From: an uncultured Candidatus Actinomarina sp.
Lineage (GTDB): Bacteria; Actinomycetota; Acidimicrobiia; Actinomarinales; Actinomarinaceae
Length of the DNA: 64,000 nt
NCBI GenBank assembly: GCA_902595195.1
Contig: CACJPC010000001.1
Coordinates: 150,654 to 214,653, forward strand
Direction of reading: 5' to 3'
This document shows positions 1 to 8,667 of this stretch, one piece after another. The translations under genes and the position numbers were made by a program. Each line of letters begins with the position of its first letter. Within the stretch, counting starts at the first letter, position 1. The notes under the pieces were generated by a model that was not told the origin of the DNA, ran no database searches, and worked only from the letters and a program-made list of their open reading frames with translations.

Positions 1-827
1 ATAGTACTTATTCCGTAATCTTCAAGTAAAAGCACTATGCCATCTGTTTCCTGAAAACCGAATTCTTCAGCAACAGATTCTAGGCCATCTGGGGAAGAGG
101 AAGCAAATGGTGTAATTAGACTCAGTAATAAAATCAACATAATGAACAATCCATAAAAAGAAACAGCTGTTGTATTTTTATCTTCTCTATCGTAAGCGTA
201 TATAAGATCTGGTCGAACCCTTATTAGTAATCCAACAATTAGAGCTGTGATTACTCCCTCGCCAAATCCAATTAAAAAGTGAACTGAGATCATTGCTATT
301 AAGACTGTCCCCACTGGAATAGATATAGTTCCCCCTAATATGTACTGAACCATAAACGCAATTGATGAAAAAACAACACTAACAATTCCGGACAAAACGC
401 TGACAATTATTAACGATGAAGGGTTTTTGCCAATAAACTTTATCCAATACTTCACGACGACCCAGGCGGTAACAGAGGTTACAATTGCCATATTCATCAC
501 ATTTATTCCCAACGCACTTAGGCCACCATCTGCAAATAGAAGAGATTGAATTATTACAACCACTGAAAGACAGATTAAACCAAGTCTAGGTCCGAGAACT
601 ATAACAGCTAAAGCTCCGCCTAACAGATGGCCACTAGTTCCTGCTGCTACAGGAAAATTTATCATTTGTAAAACAAAAATTAGAGCAGTCATCATACCAG
701 TAAGAGCAATAAATTTATCAGCTATCAAGGAGCTTGCGGATCTTATGTATGCCCACAAAGTTCCAAAGCTAATAACTCCCGTTGCTGCAGAAACAGAAGC
801 GTTTATAAATCCGTCAGGCACATGCAT
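1..827 (-). CDS. cbiM: CbiM/NikM-type ECF cobalt/nickel transporter membrane component with C-terminal PDGLE domain (partial; C-terminus runs off the window start)
   Basis: Absent from the ORF track because it is edge-truncated. My translation of the minus strand from ATG 827-825 gives MHVPDGFINASVSAATGV...AAGTSGHLLGGALAVIVLGP...SSSPDGLESVAEEFGF. The MH(V/I)PDG N-terminus and the SGHLLGG block are CbiM hallmarks. SPDGLE is the PDGLE-domain signature. Confidence 0.8.
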   Translation of the reverse strand, partial: MHVPDGFINASVSAATGVISFGTLWAYIRSASSLIADKFIALTGMMTALIFVLQMINFPVAAGTSGHLLGGALAVIVLGPRLGLICLSVVVIIQSLLFADGGLSALGINVMNMAIVTSVTAWVVVKYWIKFIGKNPSSLIIVSVLSGIVSVVFSSIAFMVQYILGGTISIPVGTVLIAMISVHFLIGFGEGVITALIVGLLIRVRPDLIYAYDREDKNTTAVSFYGLFIMLILLLSLITPFASSSPDGLESVAEEFGFQETDGIVLLLEDYGIST

Positions 828-853
828 AGGAACAGTTTAATAATAATTTAACT

Positions 854-874
854 TATTGCAAACAATTTGCAATA
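854..874. promoter_or_regulatory. Inverted repeat TATTGCAAA-caa-TTTGCAATA between the hydrolase stop and the cbiM start (operator or weak terminator hairpin)
   Basis: 9-bp perfect arms with a 3-nt spacer. It lies 27-47 nt upstream of the cbiM ATG and 4 nt downstream of the stop of the 878..1618 gene on the same strand. Confidence 0.3.
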
Positions 875-877
875 GTC

Positions 878-1618
878 TTAAATGATATTATTGTTCTTTA
901 GCCACCTATGGAGTTCACTAAGCACAAAAGGTCTGGTGTCTTGATTCAAAAGCTCATGCTTAGAGTTTTGTACAACAACGTATTCTACATTTTCTAATTC
1001 ACTTAGCTTACTAGATGATGCGATGGGAACGATTGTATCATTTTCACCATGAAATAAAATTGTTGGAGTTTTCAAATTATTTATATTGTCATTTACAAAA
1101 TTTTGAGTATTTATTGCCTCTCTTCCATACCTTGCTGTCATAGATCTAAACACCAACGGATCATTAAAATAATCATTAACAACATCAACATCAGTAGAGA
1201 GATTTTTTTTGTTAACTATTGATGGAATCCTGAGTTTTGGAGCGATTTTTGCTATCCCACTAGAAAGCTTTTTAACAAAATTGGGATAATTATCTCCTAA
1301 AGTTGGAGCTGATAAAATTAAATAATCTGGATTAACAAGATCGCTTAAAATAGAATATAAAGCTACTTGTCCTCCAAATGAATGTCCAAACAATATTTTT
1401 GTGTCGCAAGATTCAATTTTTCTAAAGGAATCTTGAACAGTTTCATTAACTTCATTCCAAGATTCTAAATCTCCCTTTTCTATTGCACCTTCACCATGTC
1501 CTGGCAAATCAACTAGGTGAGTATTTATTCCTAGATTTTCAAACCATTCTGCATTTAGCCGGTGTCTCTCTTTATGCTCAAAGAAACCGTGAAATAATAT
1601 AAGTCCTGTTTTATTCAT
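878..1618 (-). CDS. alpha/beta hydrolase (lysophospholipase / monoacylglycerol lipase-like)
   Basis: HG oxyanion motif (LILFHGFFEH), nucleophile elbow GHSFGG, late acidic residue (HGENDTIV) and His (NSKHELL). The length is typical for the family. Confidence 0.8.
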   Translation of the reverse strand: MNKTGLILFHGFFEHKERHRLNAEWFENLGINTHLVDLPGHGEGAIEKGDLESWNEVNETVQDSFRKIESCDTKILFGHSFGGQVALYSILSDLVNPDYLILSAPTLGDNYPNFVKKLSSGIAKIAPKLRIPSIVNKKNLSTDVDVVNDYFNDPLVFRSMTARYGREAINTQNFVNDNINNLKTPTILFHGENDTIVPIASSSKLSELENVEYVVVQNSKHELLNQDTRPFVLSELHRWLKNNNII

Positions 1619-1649
1619 TGCAATTAATATTTATATAGAATAAATACTA

Positions 1650-2369
1650 ATGCATTTGGACTTCATCAAAATACCATTTACAAATAATCCTTCCATGCAA
1701 AAATATACTGGAGATCTAATAAACAAGTTGCCCAGGTCCAAATACATTCAAGAAAAAATAAACCAAATCTCCTTACGAGAATCTGAGCTATGTGGAGAAA
1801 CTGAGCTGTTTCAAAATCTACAATTACTAGATAAAGTTTCAACTTTATTAGAGATTGAAAAATTTAATACTTTAAAAGACCTATCAACAGAAATTGAGGA
1901 AGATATTGCTGTAATGCACAAAGGAAAGTTGGAAGCAATAAGTTTTTGCTTTCCAAGTGGTTGGATACCGACAGAAGCTTTAGGACAAGATTTTGCATTT
2001 TTACATGAGCCGGTTGCAGATAACGATTTATTAATTAAGTCAAGTCAAAAACTATCAAAGTATATGTGTAATTACACAATACAAAGATGGGTTTGGAATG
2101 TGACTACAATTAAAGACCTAAGCAATCATCCTACAATCAGCAGGCCTGAACTAAATAGCTTTGATGATTTATATTTTCGACTTGAAACACAAACCTCAGC
2201 TCCTGTTGATGAAAATACAAGTCTGTTTTTAGTTTTAGTTGAAGTATTTCCTTTAAATGAAGTATGGAATAGTAGTATCTTGAAAAGTATTAATTCAATG
2301 ACTGAAAGTGTTTTGGAGTATAAAAACTTGATTGAAATAAAAAAATATTTAAACAGTTTAAAATTTTAG
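1650..2369 (+). CDS. hypothetical protein, possibly DUF3445 / heme-dependent oxidative N-demethylase-like family
   Basis: Clean 239-aa ORF. The block FCFPSGWIPTEALGQDFAFLHEPV resembles, from memory, the conserved core of DUF3445. The functional call is tentative. Confidence 0.55.
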   Translation: MHLDFIKIPFTNNPSMQKYTGDLINKLPRSKYIQEKINQISLRESELCGETELFQNLQLLDKVSTLLEIEKFNTLKDLSTEIEEDIAVMHKGKLEAISFCFPSGWIPTEALGQDFAFLHEPVADNDLLIKSSQKLSKYMCNYTIQRWVWNVTTIKDLSNHPTISRPELNSFDDLYFRLETQTSAPVDENTSLFLVLVEVFPLNEVWNSSILKSINSMTESVLEYKNLIEIKKYLNSLKF

Positions 2370-2374
2370 TAGTT

Positions 2375-2782
2375 ATGGATTATGTTTATATTGCCGGACC
2401 ACTTTTTGATGATCATGAAAGAAGTTATTTAGAGAGTATTGCCAAAATATTTGAAGACAGAGGTTATAAGACTTTTTTACCGCATAGGGACGCTGGTGTA
2501 GTTAAAGATAAATATACTCAAGACGCAAAAGACCAAATTTTTACTACAGACATAGAGGCTCTTGATAAGGCAACTATTGTGGTAGCCCTACTAACAGGAA
2601 GAGATGTCGATTCAGGAACTGCTGCTGAAATAGGCTATGCCTTTGCAAAAGATAAAATTTTAATTGGAATTGATGCAAATAATGTTAAATTTTTAAATAT
2701 TTTTGTTTGGGGGTTATTAGGCAAAGGTGAAAATATATACAACAGTTTAGAAGACTTGGAGAGGCATCTTGATGAACAATAG
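2375..2782 (+). CDS. nucleoside 2-deoxyribosyltransferase-like protein
   Basis: YIAGPLF N-terminus and DSGTAAEIGYAFA (catalytic Glu context) fit the family, as does the ~135 aa size. Confidence 0.7.
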   Translation: MDYVYIAGPLFDDHERSYLESIAKIFEDRGYKTFLPHRDAGVVKDKYTQDAKDQIFTTDIEALDKATIVVALLTGRDVDSGTAAEIGYAFAKDKILIGIDANNVKFLNIFVWGLLGKGENIYNSLEDLERHLDEQ

Positions 2783-2969
2783 ATATGTAAATATTTTTAT
2801 AGTTTTCTTTTTTTCTGGAACAATAGTAAGTTTAACTTTTCGTTTAATCGACAACATTTTATTCAGAAATTCAGAATTTAGCTTACAAACATGGACATAT
2901 TCAAATTTAGCTATTTTTTCAATCGCCCTTGTAATCCTATATTTATGGATCAAGAAGAGTAAGGCTTAA
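2769..2969 (+). CDS. small membrane protein (two predicted TM helices)
   Basis: Two hydrophobic stretches (IFIVFFFSGTIVSLTF, LAIFSIALVILYLWI) and a 14-nt overlap with the upstream gene. It competes with antisense ORF 2747..2953, which looks less protein-like. Confidence 0.4.
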   Translation: MMNNRYVNIFIVFFFSGTIVSLTFRLIDNILFRNSEFSLQTWTYSNLAIFSIALVILYLWIKKSKA

Positions 2970-3391
2970 TTTTCATATTTTGATATAAAATCTGACAAAT
3001 CTTTTTCTGCTTCTTTGACTTGCTCTGTGGAAATTTCTTGATCTCCACTCACAATACAATCAGAGTTAGCGTCGTAAAGTTTGTTGATGTTTGAATAAAC
3101 ATCCAATCTGACTTCTAAATAGTTTTTATAAACCTCTTGGTAATCCCAATTTTTTTCCATATCTTTAAAAAACTTGTCTCTGTCACTGTCTACATTATTT
3201 GGTGATATATCATCTATAAACCTATTCAGTTCAAAACTTGTATTAAATAGCTCATTAGAAAATTCAATATATTCTGCTTCCAGAACTTCACAAACAGTCA
3301 GATTTTCTTCTACTGGAGTTGTCTGAACCTCTTCCACCACAAGGTTTGTCGAACAACATGAAAGAAAAACAATTAAAATATATTTTTTCAT
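2966..3391 (-). CDS. hypothetical lipoprotein
   Basis: Signal peptide with a lipobox-like sequence, MKKYILIVFLSCCS. The acidic mature part has no recognisable motif. Confidence 0.65.
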   Translation of the reverse strand: MKKYILIVFLSCCSTNLVVEEVQTTPVEENLTVCEVLEAEYIEFSNELFNTSFELNRFIDDISPNNVDSDRDKFFKDMEKNWDYQEVYKNYLEVRLDVYSNINKLYDANSDCIVSGDQEISTEQVKEAEKDLSDFISKYEN

Positions 3392-3412
3392 AATCTGTAG
3401 TTAATTATATGT

Positions 3413-3667
3413 TTAGTTTCTTCCTCTTAAAATTAAAAATAAAATAATACCTGTGAAAATAGTTGTTAAAAAGTTTGTACCCATAAGTGGAACATCGCTC
3501 AACACAATACCGTAGATAAACCAAGAAAGAGAGCCAAAAAATAAAAAGAGATAAGTCAATAATGACAAACCGTTAGTATCTTTAGTTTTAATTGTTTTTA
3601 CTGCTTGGGGCAAAAAAGAAACTGCTGTACAAAATGCCGCAATATACCCAAAGATTGCTAATTCCAT
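3413..3667 (-). CDS. SemiSWEET / PQ-loop family small sugar transporter
   Basis: 84 aa with three TM helices and the PQ motif (SFLPQAVKTIKTKDT) after TM1. Confidence 0.75.
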   Translation of the reverse strand: MELAIFGYIAAFCTAVSFLPQAVKTIKTKDTNGLSLLTYLFLFFGSLSWFIYGIVLSDVPLMGTNFLTTIFTGIILFLILRGRN

Positions 3668-3705
3668 TATTGCAGTGTAAAGTCTTCCTATTTTTGTGTT
3701 GGTTA

Positions 3706-4068
3706 TTACGTTTTATTTAATTGTTTATTTAAGTAATAACCTAAGAAACCCTCCCAAACAGCAAATACATAAAATGCTATAAAAGAAGTAATTGTTCCAG
3801 TCACAAGCATCACAGCAGCGGCAAGATATCTAACTTTGTTTAGTTGAGTTAATCCTTCTTTAGTATTTCCTAATAAGAAAAAACATGTAGCAAGAAATAA
3901 CAAAATTGTGCTTTGTGCTCGAACTAAGTCAACTGCAACACTACTAGATAATTCAGCTGAAAAATCTAATAGAAACACTCTGTATGAAATATTAGGAATT
4001 GCATACCCGAGTATTGCAAGCGCAATATACGCTACTGAGTCAGCTTTGTTAATTGTTTTCCAATCCAT
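3706..4068 (-). CDS. hypothetical integral membrane protein
   Basis: 120 aa with about four hydrophobic helices. No family recognised. Confidence 0.6.
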   Translation of the reverse strand: MDWKTINKADSVAYIALAILGYAIPNISYRVFLLDFSAELSSSVAVDLVRAQSTILLFLATCFFLLGNTKEGLTQLNKVRYLAAAVMLVTGTITSFIAFYVFAVWEGFLGYYLNKQLNKT

Positions 4069-4109
4069 AAGATAATTTTAGCTTTAAGACAGTGACTTTT
4101 TATTAACTA

Positions 4110-4211
4110 TTGAAATAAAACTCCTGAAAAATACTGTGGGCCTAGTTAGATTTGAACTAACGACCTCATCCTTATCGGGGATGCGCTCTAACCAGGCTGA
4201 GCTATAGGCCC
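4110..4211. repeat. Direct repeat copy 1 (tRNA-Ile gene plus 27 nt of its 3' flank), partner at 8668..8769
   Basis: Manual alignment at a constant offset of 4558 bp gives about 102 nt with 3 mismatches (4133, 4135, 4177). The extra word GTGACTTTT(T) recurs at 4092, 4263, 8651 and 8662. Confidence 0.85.
4137..4211 (-). tRNA. tRNA-Ile (anticodon GAU), variant copy with C33 instead of the near-universal U33
   Basis: Cloverleaf read by eye: GGGCCTA TA GCTC AGCCTGGTTA GAGC G CATCC CCGATAA GGATG AGGTC GTTAG TTCAAAT CTAAC TAGGCCC A. The anticodon loop is CCGATAA, versus CTGATAA in the 8695..8769 copy. Confidence 0.8.
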
Positions 4212-4296
4212 AATAAATTCAGTCTGGTAAAAGAGATTTTCTAGCGAAATTTTACTTCTCTGGTGACTTTTTAGTTCTAAATTTTATAATTTAGTT

Positions 4297-4689
4297 ATGG
4301 AGAATAAAGATTTTATAAATTGTTCAAATTGTAATCTACCTATATATCCACCTAAATTACCTAAAGGAATGAATGTAAAAGATCGGTTTGATCAAATTAG
4401 ATGTCTTGGTTGCAACACAATCAATAGCTATACACAATCTCAAGAGTATAAATTTAAATTAGTAGAAGAAAAACATTCAAATAGTGGAAGAAATAAAATT
4501 GGTCCTAGCGCTAAAACTGTAATATTGATTTGGATTATTGTTACAGTTTTAACTTCTGATTTAACTGATTTAACAGTAGGTTGGTTAATTGTTGCAGGAG
4601 TTTTAACAGTTATGTACTTTTCGAGGAATATACTGAAAAGAAAATATATTGAATTTCTTAAATATTTAGATTTTCTAAAAAAGAACTAA
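4297..4689 (+). CDS. hypothetical zinc-ribbon membrane protein
   Basis: N-terminal CSNC...x24...CLGC (C-x2-C pairs) followed by two hydrophobic helices. Lies inside the repeat-bracketed islet. Confidence 0.55.
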   Translation: MENKDFINCSNCNLPIYPPKLPKGMNVKDRFDQIRCLGCNTINSYTQSQEYKFKLVEEKHSNSGRNKIGPSAKTVILIWIIVTVLTSDLTDLTVGWLIVAGVLTVMYFSRNILKRKYIEFLKYLDFLKKN

Positions 4690-5702
4690 TCTTCACAAAT
4701 CCAAGTCCACATAGGTTCATACTCAGTAAATTCATAAGTGTCATAAACGCAGTAAGCTCTCATAAAACTATTTGTGTATACACCATCAATATCTAATACA
4801 TCCTCTATTACGAGCCAAGGAATAAGTATCAATTCAGAACCACTTGCATAATAGAAATCATATTCCCAAAACTGAACAAATAAACCATACTGTCCAACAG
4901 CAAACTGTGTGGTACCTGAGCTAAAAATATCGGAATCTTTGTTGTCTTGTAAAAACTTTTTGTAATATGCATAATCCTCAACATATCTACAAGCCTCCTT
5001 TTCGACACTTAGTGGTGCACAAAGTTGTTTGACTATTTCTATATCCAGAACATTTAAATATTCTTCTGATGAAGTATCAAAAATATTTCTTACATTAATT
5101 TTTTCGCAACTTTTTAAGTCATAAGACATAGCAATTGGGTGAGTTATAGGATGTGCCGCACCAGTTGAATAGCTATGCCAAAAATAAATAATAGAAAATA
5201 CCTCGCCAAGCTCAACAAGATTATAACTTAACTCAAGATAGTTTACATACATCAATCCATCGGCTTCAGCATCTTCTTTTGTGTAATATGAAGAACTATC
5301 TTCCCATCTACTTATTTCCTTTTGTATTATGTTCTGAATTTCACTATTGATAACATTTGCACAAGAAAGCCTATTCTCATTTAATTTTAAGTAATTTATT
5401 GAATATGTAGCAGCATCAGACTCATAAGGATAAAAAGTATTTTCGTAATTTCTAGTATCAGATGTTTTATGATCAGAAACTAACTCACTTGGAATTTCTT
5501 TATTATAACTCGTCTTAATAATTCCTCTTCTTGGAAAGTCTACATAGGTAGTCGTATCCTCTAATAAAGTTGTCGTAGTAGAGGTGGAAGTTGTAGTTAA
5601 AATTTCTTCAACAGATGCAGTCTCATCAATTACTTCAGCACTTCCTTCAGCACTTCCTCCACAAAATGAAAGGAGTAATAGAAGTATTAAGTATCTCTTC
5701 AT
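4686..5702 (-). CDS. hypothetical lipoprotein (possibly DUF3298/DUF4163-like)
   Basis: Lipobox in MKRYLILLLLLSFCGG, then a Thr/Ser-rich linker. The block YSTGAAHPITHPIAMSYDL resembles the DUF3298 core from memory. Confidence 0.6.
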   Translation of the reverse strand: MKRYLILLLLLSFCGGSAEGSAEVIDETASVEEILTTTSTSTTTTLLEDTTTYVDFPRRGIIKTSYNKEIPSELVSDHKTSDTRNYENTFYPYESDAATYSINYLKLNENRLSCANVINSEIQNIIQKEISRWEDSSSYYTKEDAEADGLMYVNYLELSYNLVELGEVFSIIYFWHSYSTGAAHPITHPIAMSYDLKSCEKINVRNIFDTSSEEYLNVLDIEIVKQLCAPLSVEKEACRYVEDYAYYKKFLQDNKDSDIFSSGTTQFAVGQYGLFVQFWEYDFYYASGSELILIPWLVIEDVLDIDGVYTNSFMRAYCVYDTYEFTEYEPMWTWICED

Positions 5703-5847
5703 ACTTAAATAATAACTTACTTAAACGACAATTAACCTTCGCCATTGGATTCAATGGCTTGTGCAAATTGGAAACAAAGCTTACAACCAACACACGAGCA
5801 TTAAAACTACTTTTGATGTCTATGGTCATCTTTTGTAGAATTCATTT

Positions 5848-6918
5848 ATGGATAATATCTACAACATTTCATCAGATAATTTCAAAATATTAGATAGCAA
5901 ATTATTTGAAAGTGAAAAAGAATTACAAAATCTAACAATTAAATATCCAGAATTACTGAATTTATTATCAGAAAGTCAATCAACGCCTGTTTTAATCAGT
6001 GACGAAGTCAGAATTTCAACTGGTAGAATTGATAATTTTCTAGTCGATAATGAGGCAATACCAATTTTAATTGAAGTAAAAGAGCGATCTAATGTTGAGC
6101 TCAAAAGAAAAGTAGTAGGTCAACTTTTGGATTACGCTTCAACAATTTCAAATGATTTAATTGAAATGAATTTTGAAGAAGAAATAAAAAGTTCTTGTAG
6201 GAAGCATAGCTTTGATGAAGTTGAGGTATTAGATAATTTATATCAAAATTATGAAAAAGAAGAATTCTGGGAGATATTTTCTAAAAATTTAAAAAACAAT
6301 AGATTTAAATTAGTTGTTTTAGCTGATAAGTTTTATCCAAGTACAGAGAGAATAATACAGTATTTGAATCAAGAAACTCAGAATACTAACTTTATTGGTC
6401 TTGAACTTATGAAGTTCGAAGTAAATGAAAATACAGTAATCGTGCCAAAGTTGATTGGATCTACATACTTCAGTTCTAACTCCAAGCTATCTTCAAAATC
6501 TTTAAATGATGAAAATGTCTTTTTAGAACAAATTAGTGCAAATAAAGTAACTTCTTCATTGGACCTTATGGACAAGATCGATGAATGGGCAGTAGAAAAG
6601 CAGTTACATTTCAAATATAACGATGGAAAAACTGCTACTCGTCAATACAGGCTTGATAATGATAAAAACACTCTGTTATGCTCTACAACTTCAAAAGGCG
6701 AGATTAGCTTTAGGTTAGGAGAATTAAATAAAATATTGTCTACTGAAGGGTATAAAGATTTATTTACATTTTTAGAAACAACATTCGGAAATGCAATATT
6801 TGCCAAGCCAAAAGATAAAGAGGCTGGTCCTCAATTTGCAAGTATCCTTATCAGCAATATAACTCAAACTGAATTAAACAAATTGATAGAAAAATTTGAA
6901 ATAATTTTTGATCTTTAA
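5848..6918 (+). CDS. hypothetical protein with N-terminal PD-(D/E)xK (NucS/DUF91-like) nuclease motif
   Basis: GRIDNFLVDNEAIPILIEVKERSN...VVGQLLDYA shows the D...(E)xK pattern and the QLLDYA helix typical of restriction-endonuclease-fold domains. The C-terminal ~200 aa are unrecognised. Confidence 0.55.
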   Translation: MDNIYNISSDNFKILDSKLFESEKELQNLTIKYPELLNLLSESQSTPVLISDEVRISTGRIDNFLVDNEAIPILIEVKERSNVELKRKVVGQLLDYASTISNDLIEMNFEEEIKSSCRKHSFDEVEVLDNLYQNYEKEEFWEIFSKNLKNNRFKLVVLADKFYPSTERIIQYLNQETQNTNFIGLELMKFEVNENTVIVPKLIGSTYFSSNSKLSSKSLNDENVFLEQISANKVTSSLDLMDKIDEWAVEKQLHFKYNDGKTATRQYRLDNDKNTLLCSTTSKGEISFRLGELNKILSTEGYKDLFTFLETTFGNAIFAKPKDKEAGPQFASILISNITQTELNKLIEKFEIIFDL

Positions 6919-6936
6919 TACTGTCGTACTTCGTTT

Positions 6937-7992
6937 CTAAAATAAAACAGTTGAGTTAAAAAATTTAAAATCTTTATCATTAAGAAAATAGTTATATTGA
7001 GTTGGTTCTAAATCTTTATCTTCTGGGAACCAGTTAAATCTTACAAAACAAACACCACCAGTACCTTTGTCTTCTTTAATAACAATTTCAGAAACTATAA
7101 ATAGTGAATTCTGGTTGTTATTTTTTCTGTGTCCAATTACTTCATTTTTAGTTAAATTAACTTTGTTAAACTCTCCTTGTGTGCCTTTAACCTCAACATA
7201 AAGTATTTTTTCATTCTTTTCACAGGTTAAATCGTAAGTGCCATCAGATGTGTCATTTACTTTCCAGCCAAGTGATTCATAATATTTGGTCGCCAAATCC
7301 ATTGCATATAGTTCAACAATTTTTTTTCTTTTAGAGTCAACATTTCTTTTTTTCTTTGATTTTTTATTTTCGGAACTTTTAATTGTTAATTTACTAGAGC
7401 TTTCAGAGAAGTTATCTTCAAATAAACCTAGTAACTTAACTATATCTTTTGGAAATTTTGCAAAATAAGCCTGCGGAGGTTCAAGTTGATTGTTTTTTAC
7501 AATAAATGGAGCATACAATGTTCCAAATTCTTCTTGTAGTGAATTAAGCGTGTCTTGAATTAAGCTTTGATTTTCTCTCATTTGTATAATCGTGAGGGGT
7601 TCGTTGTATTCTGTAAAGTCTGTTAAATCTGCTTTAAAAATTTCTCTAAGGAATGGTTTTGATTCCGAAGCATATGATCCAAGAGCACCCCATACATCTC
7701 TATCTTCATAAGCATATGTCTGTACTTTTGAATATCCCACTATTCCTTGCTTGGTTTTTGAGTAGTGAAATACTACATCTCCTGGCTTAACCATTGCAAC
7801 CAATGAATAATACGCATTTCTATTCCCATTAGTTTGAAATTGAGGAATCCAAATATTATCGCCTATAAACCCTCTTCTTTGTGATATTTCTAAAGACTTG
7901 TCCCTATTGGTTATTTCAAGCCAGAAGTACTCACTTTCGTCCCACCAGTAATTTTTAATTCCTAATTCTTCGGGATTATCATAAATTTGCAT
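6937..7992 (-). CDS. putative modification-dependent nuclease: N-terminal PUA-like (EVE/ASCH-type) domain fused to C-terminal DUF3883-like PD-(D/E)xK domain
   Basis: N-terminal: YFWLEI...VKPGDVVFHYSKTKQGIVGYSKVQTYAYED, matching the EVE-like pattern mkpGD-x-vf-x-Y-S...ivG...V. A Lys-rich linker follows (KKSKKKRNVDSKRKK). C-terminal: ELYAMDLATKYYESLGWKV...GTYDLTCEK...ILYVEVKGT...LTKNEV, the D...EVK motif of the DUF3883 type. Confidence 0.55.
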   Translation of the reverse strand: MQIYDNPEELGIKNYWWDESEYFWLEITNRDKSLEISQRRGFIGDNIWIPQFQTNGNRNAYYSLVAMVKPGDVVFHYSKTKQGIVGYSKVQTYAYEDRDVWGALGSYASESKPFLREIFKADLTDFTEYNEPLTIIQMRENQSLIQDTLNSLQEEFGTLYAPFIVKNNQLEPPQAYFAKFPKDIVKLLGLFEDNFSESSSKLTIKSSENKKSKKKRNVDSKRKKIVELYAMDLATKYYESLGWKVNDTSDGTYDLTCEKNEKILYVEVKGTQGEFNKVNLTKNEVIGHRKNNNQNSLFIVSEIVIKEDKGTGGVCFVRFNWFPEDKDLEPTQYNYFLNDKDFKFFNSTVLF

Positions 7993-8042
7993 AAAGTTAT
8001 ACTAACAAACATTTTTTTGTGGGGTTTTTGATGGGTCAATCT

Positions 8043-8489
8043 TCATTCACCAAATATCATTACAGAAGCAGAGCCTTCAATTGTAAAATAGCAATCATCA
8101 CTTGAATTGAACTTGGGATCATCTATGCAAGGTATTAACCAAGCCCCTTCAAGTATATTTACTTGATAATTGTGAAATGAGATCTTTTGAACTATATCAA
8201 ACCTACTAATTGTGAAAGTATTTTCATTTATATTTACTTCAACATCAATACAATTTTGTTGTAAGAGAGTTAAAAAATATGCCTTATTTTCTAACAACAT
8301 ATAATATTCAACCCCTAATGTTAAATCTCTGTATATCTCTAATCCATATTTATCATTTTTTTTCTTTTCATCTATTAAATCAACTTGATTATAAAGATAA
8401 GAGCAATCTTCACCTAAATAGCTCTTGTTTGTACTTAGCAGGCCACAATTTAAAAAAATTAGTACAAAGATTAATGATTTGAATTTCAC
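8043..8489 (-). CDS. hypothetical secreted protein or lipoprotein
   Basis: N-terminal signal MKFKSLIFVLIFLNCG with a possible lipobox Cys. No family recognised. Confidence 0.55.
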   Translation of the reverse strand: MKFKSLIFVLIFLNCGLLSTNKSYLGEDCSYLYNQVDLIDEKKKNDKYGLEIYRDLTLGVEYYMLLENKAYFLTLLQQNCIDVEVNINENTFTISRFDIVQKISFHNYQVNILEGAWLIPCIDDPKFNSSDDCYFTIEGSASVMIFGE

Positions 8490-8584
8490 TATAAGAGAAT
8501 ATTAACAAGTTTTTTTAAAAGTAACTGTACGGTTATTGTGCGGTTTTTTGTATTTTAAAAGGTTGTATTTCTGAAAAACCCAAG

Positions 8585-8637
8585 TGGGCCCTACAGGATT
8601 TGAACCTGTGACTTCTTCCTTGTAAGGGAAGCGCTCT
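8585..8637 (-). pseudogene. Truncated tRNA-Val (anticodon UAC) remnant: 3' ~53 nt only
   Basis: The reverse complement reads AGAGC G CTTCC CTTACAA GGAAG AAGTC ACAGG TTCAAAT CCTGT AGGGCCC A. That covers the D-stem 3' strand through the discriminator. The sequence where the 5' acceptor and D arm should be (8638 onward) does not fit. Confidence 0.75.
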
Positions 8638-8667
8638 TGAAATAAAATGGTGACTTTTTGGTGACTT

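Noticed and set aside
4212-8667. Calling the repeat-bracketed islet an active integrative mobile element or prophage
   Set aside because: No integrase, recombinase, excisionase, transposase or phage structural gene is present. Only the repeat architecture and the tRNA fragment support a mobile origin.
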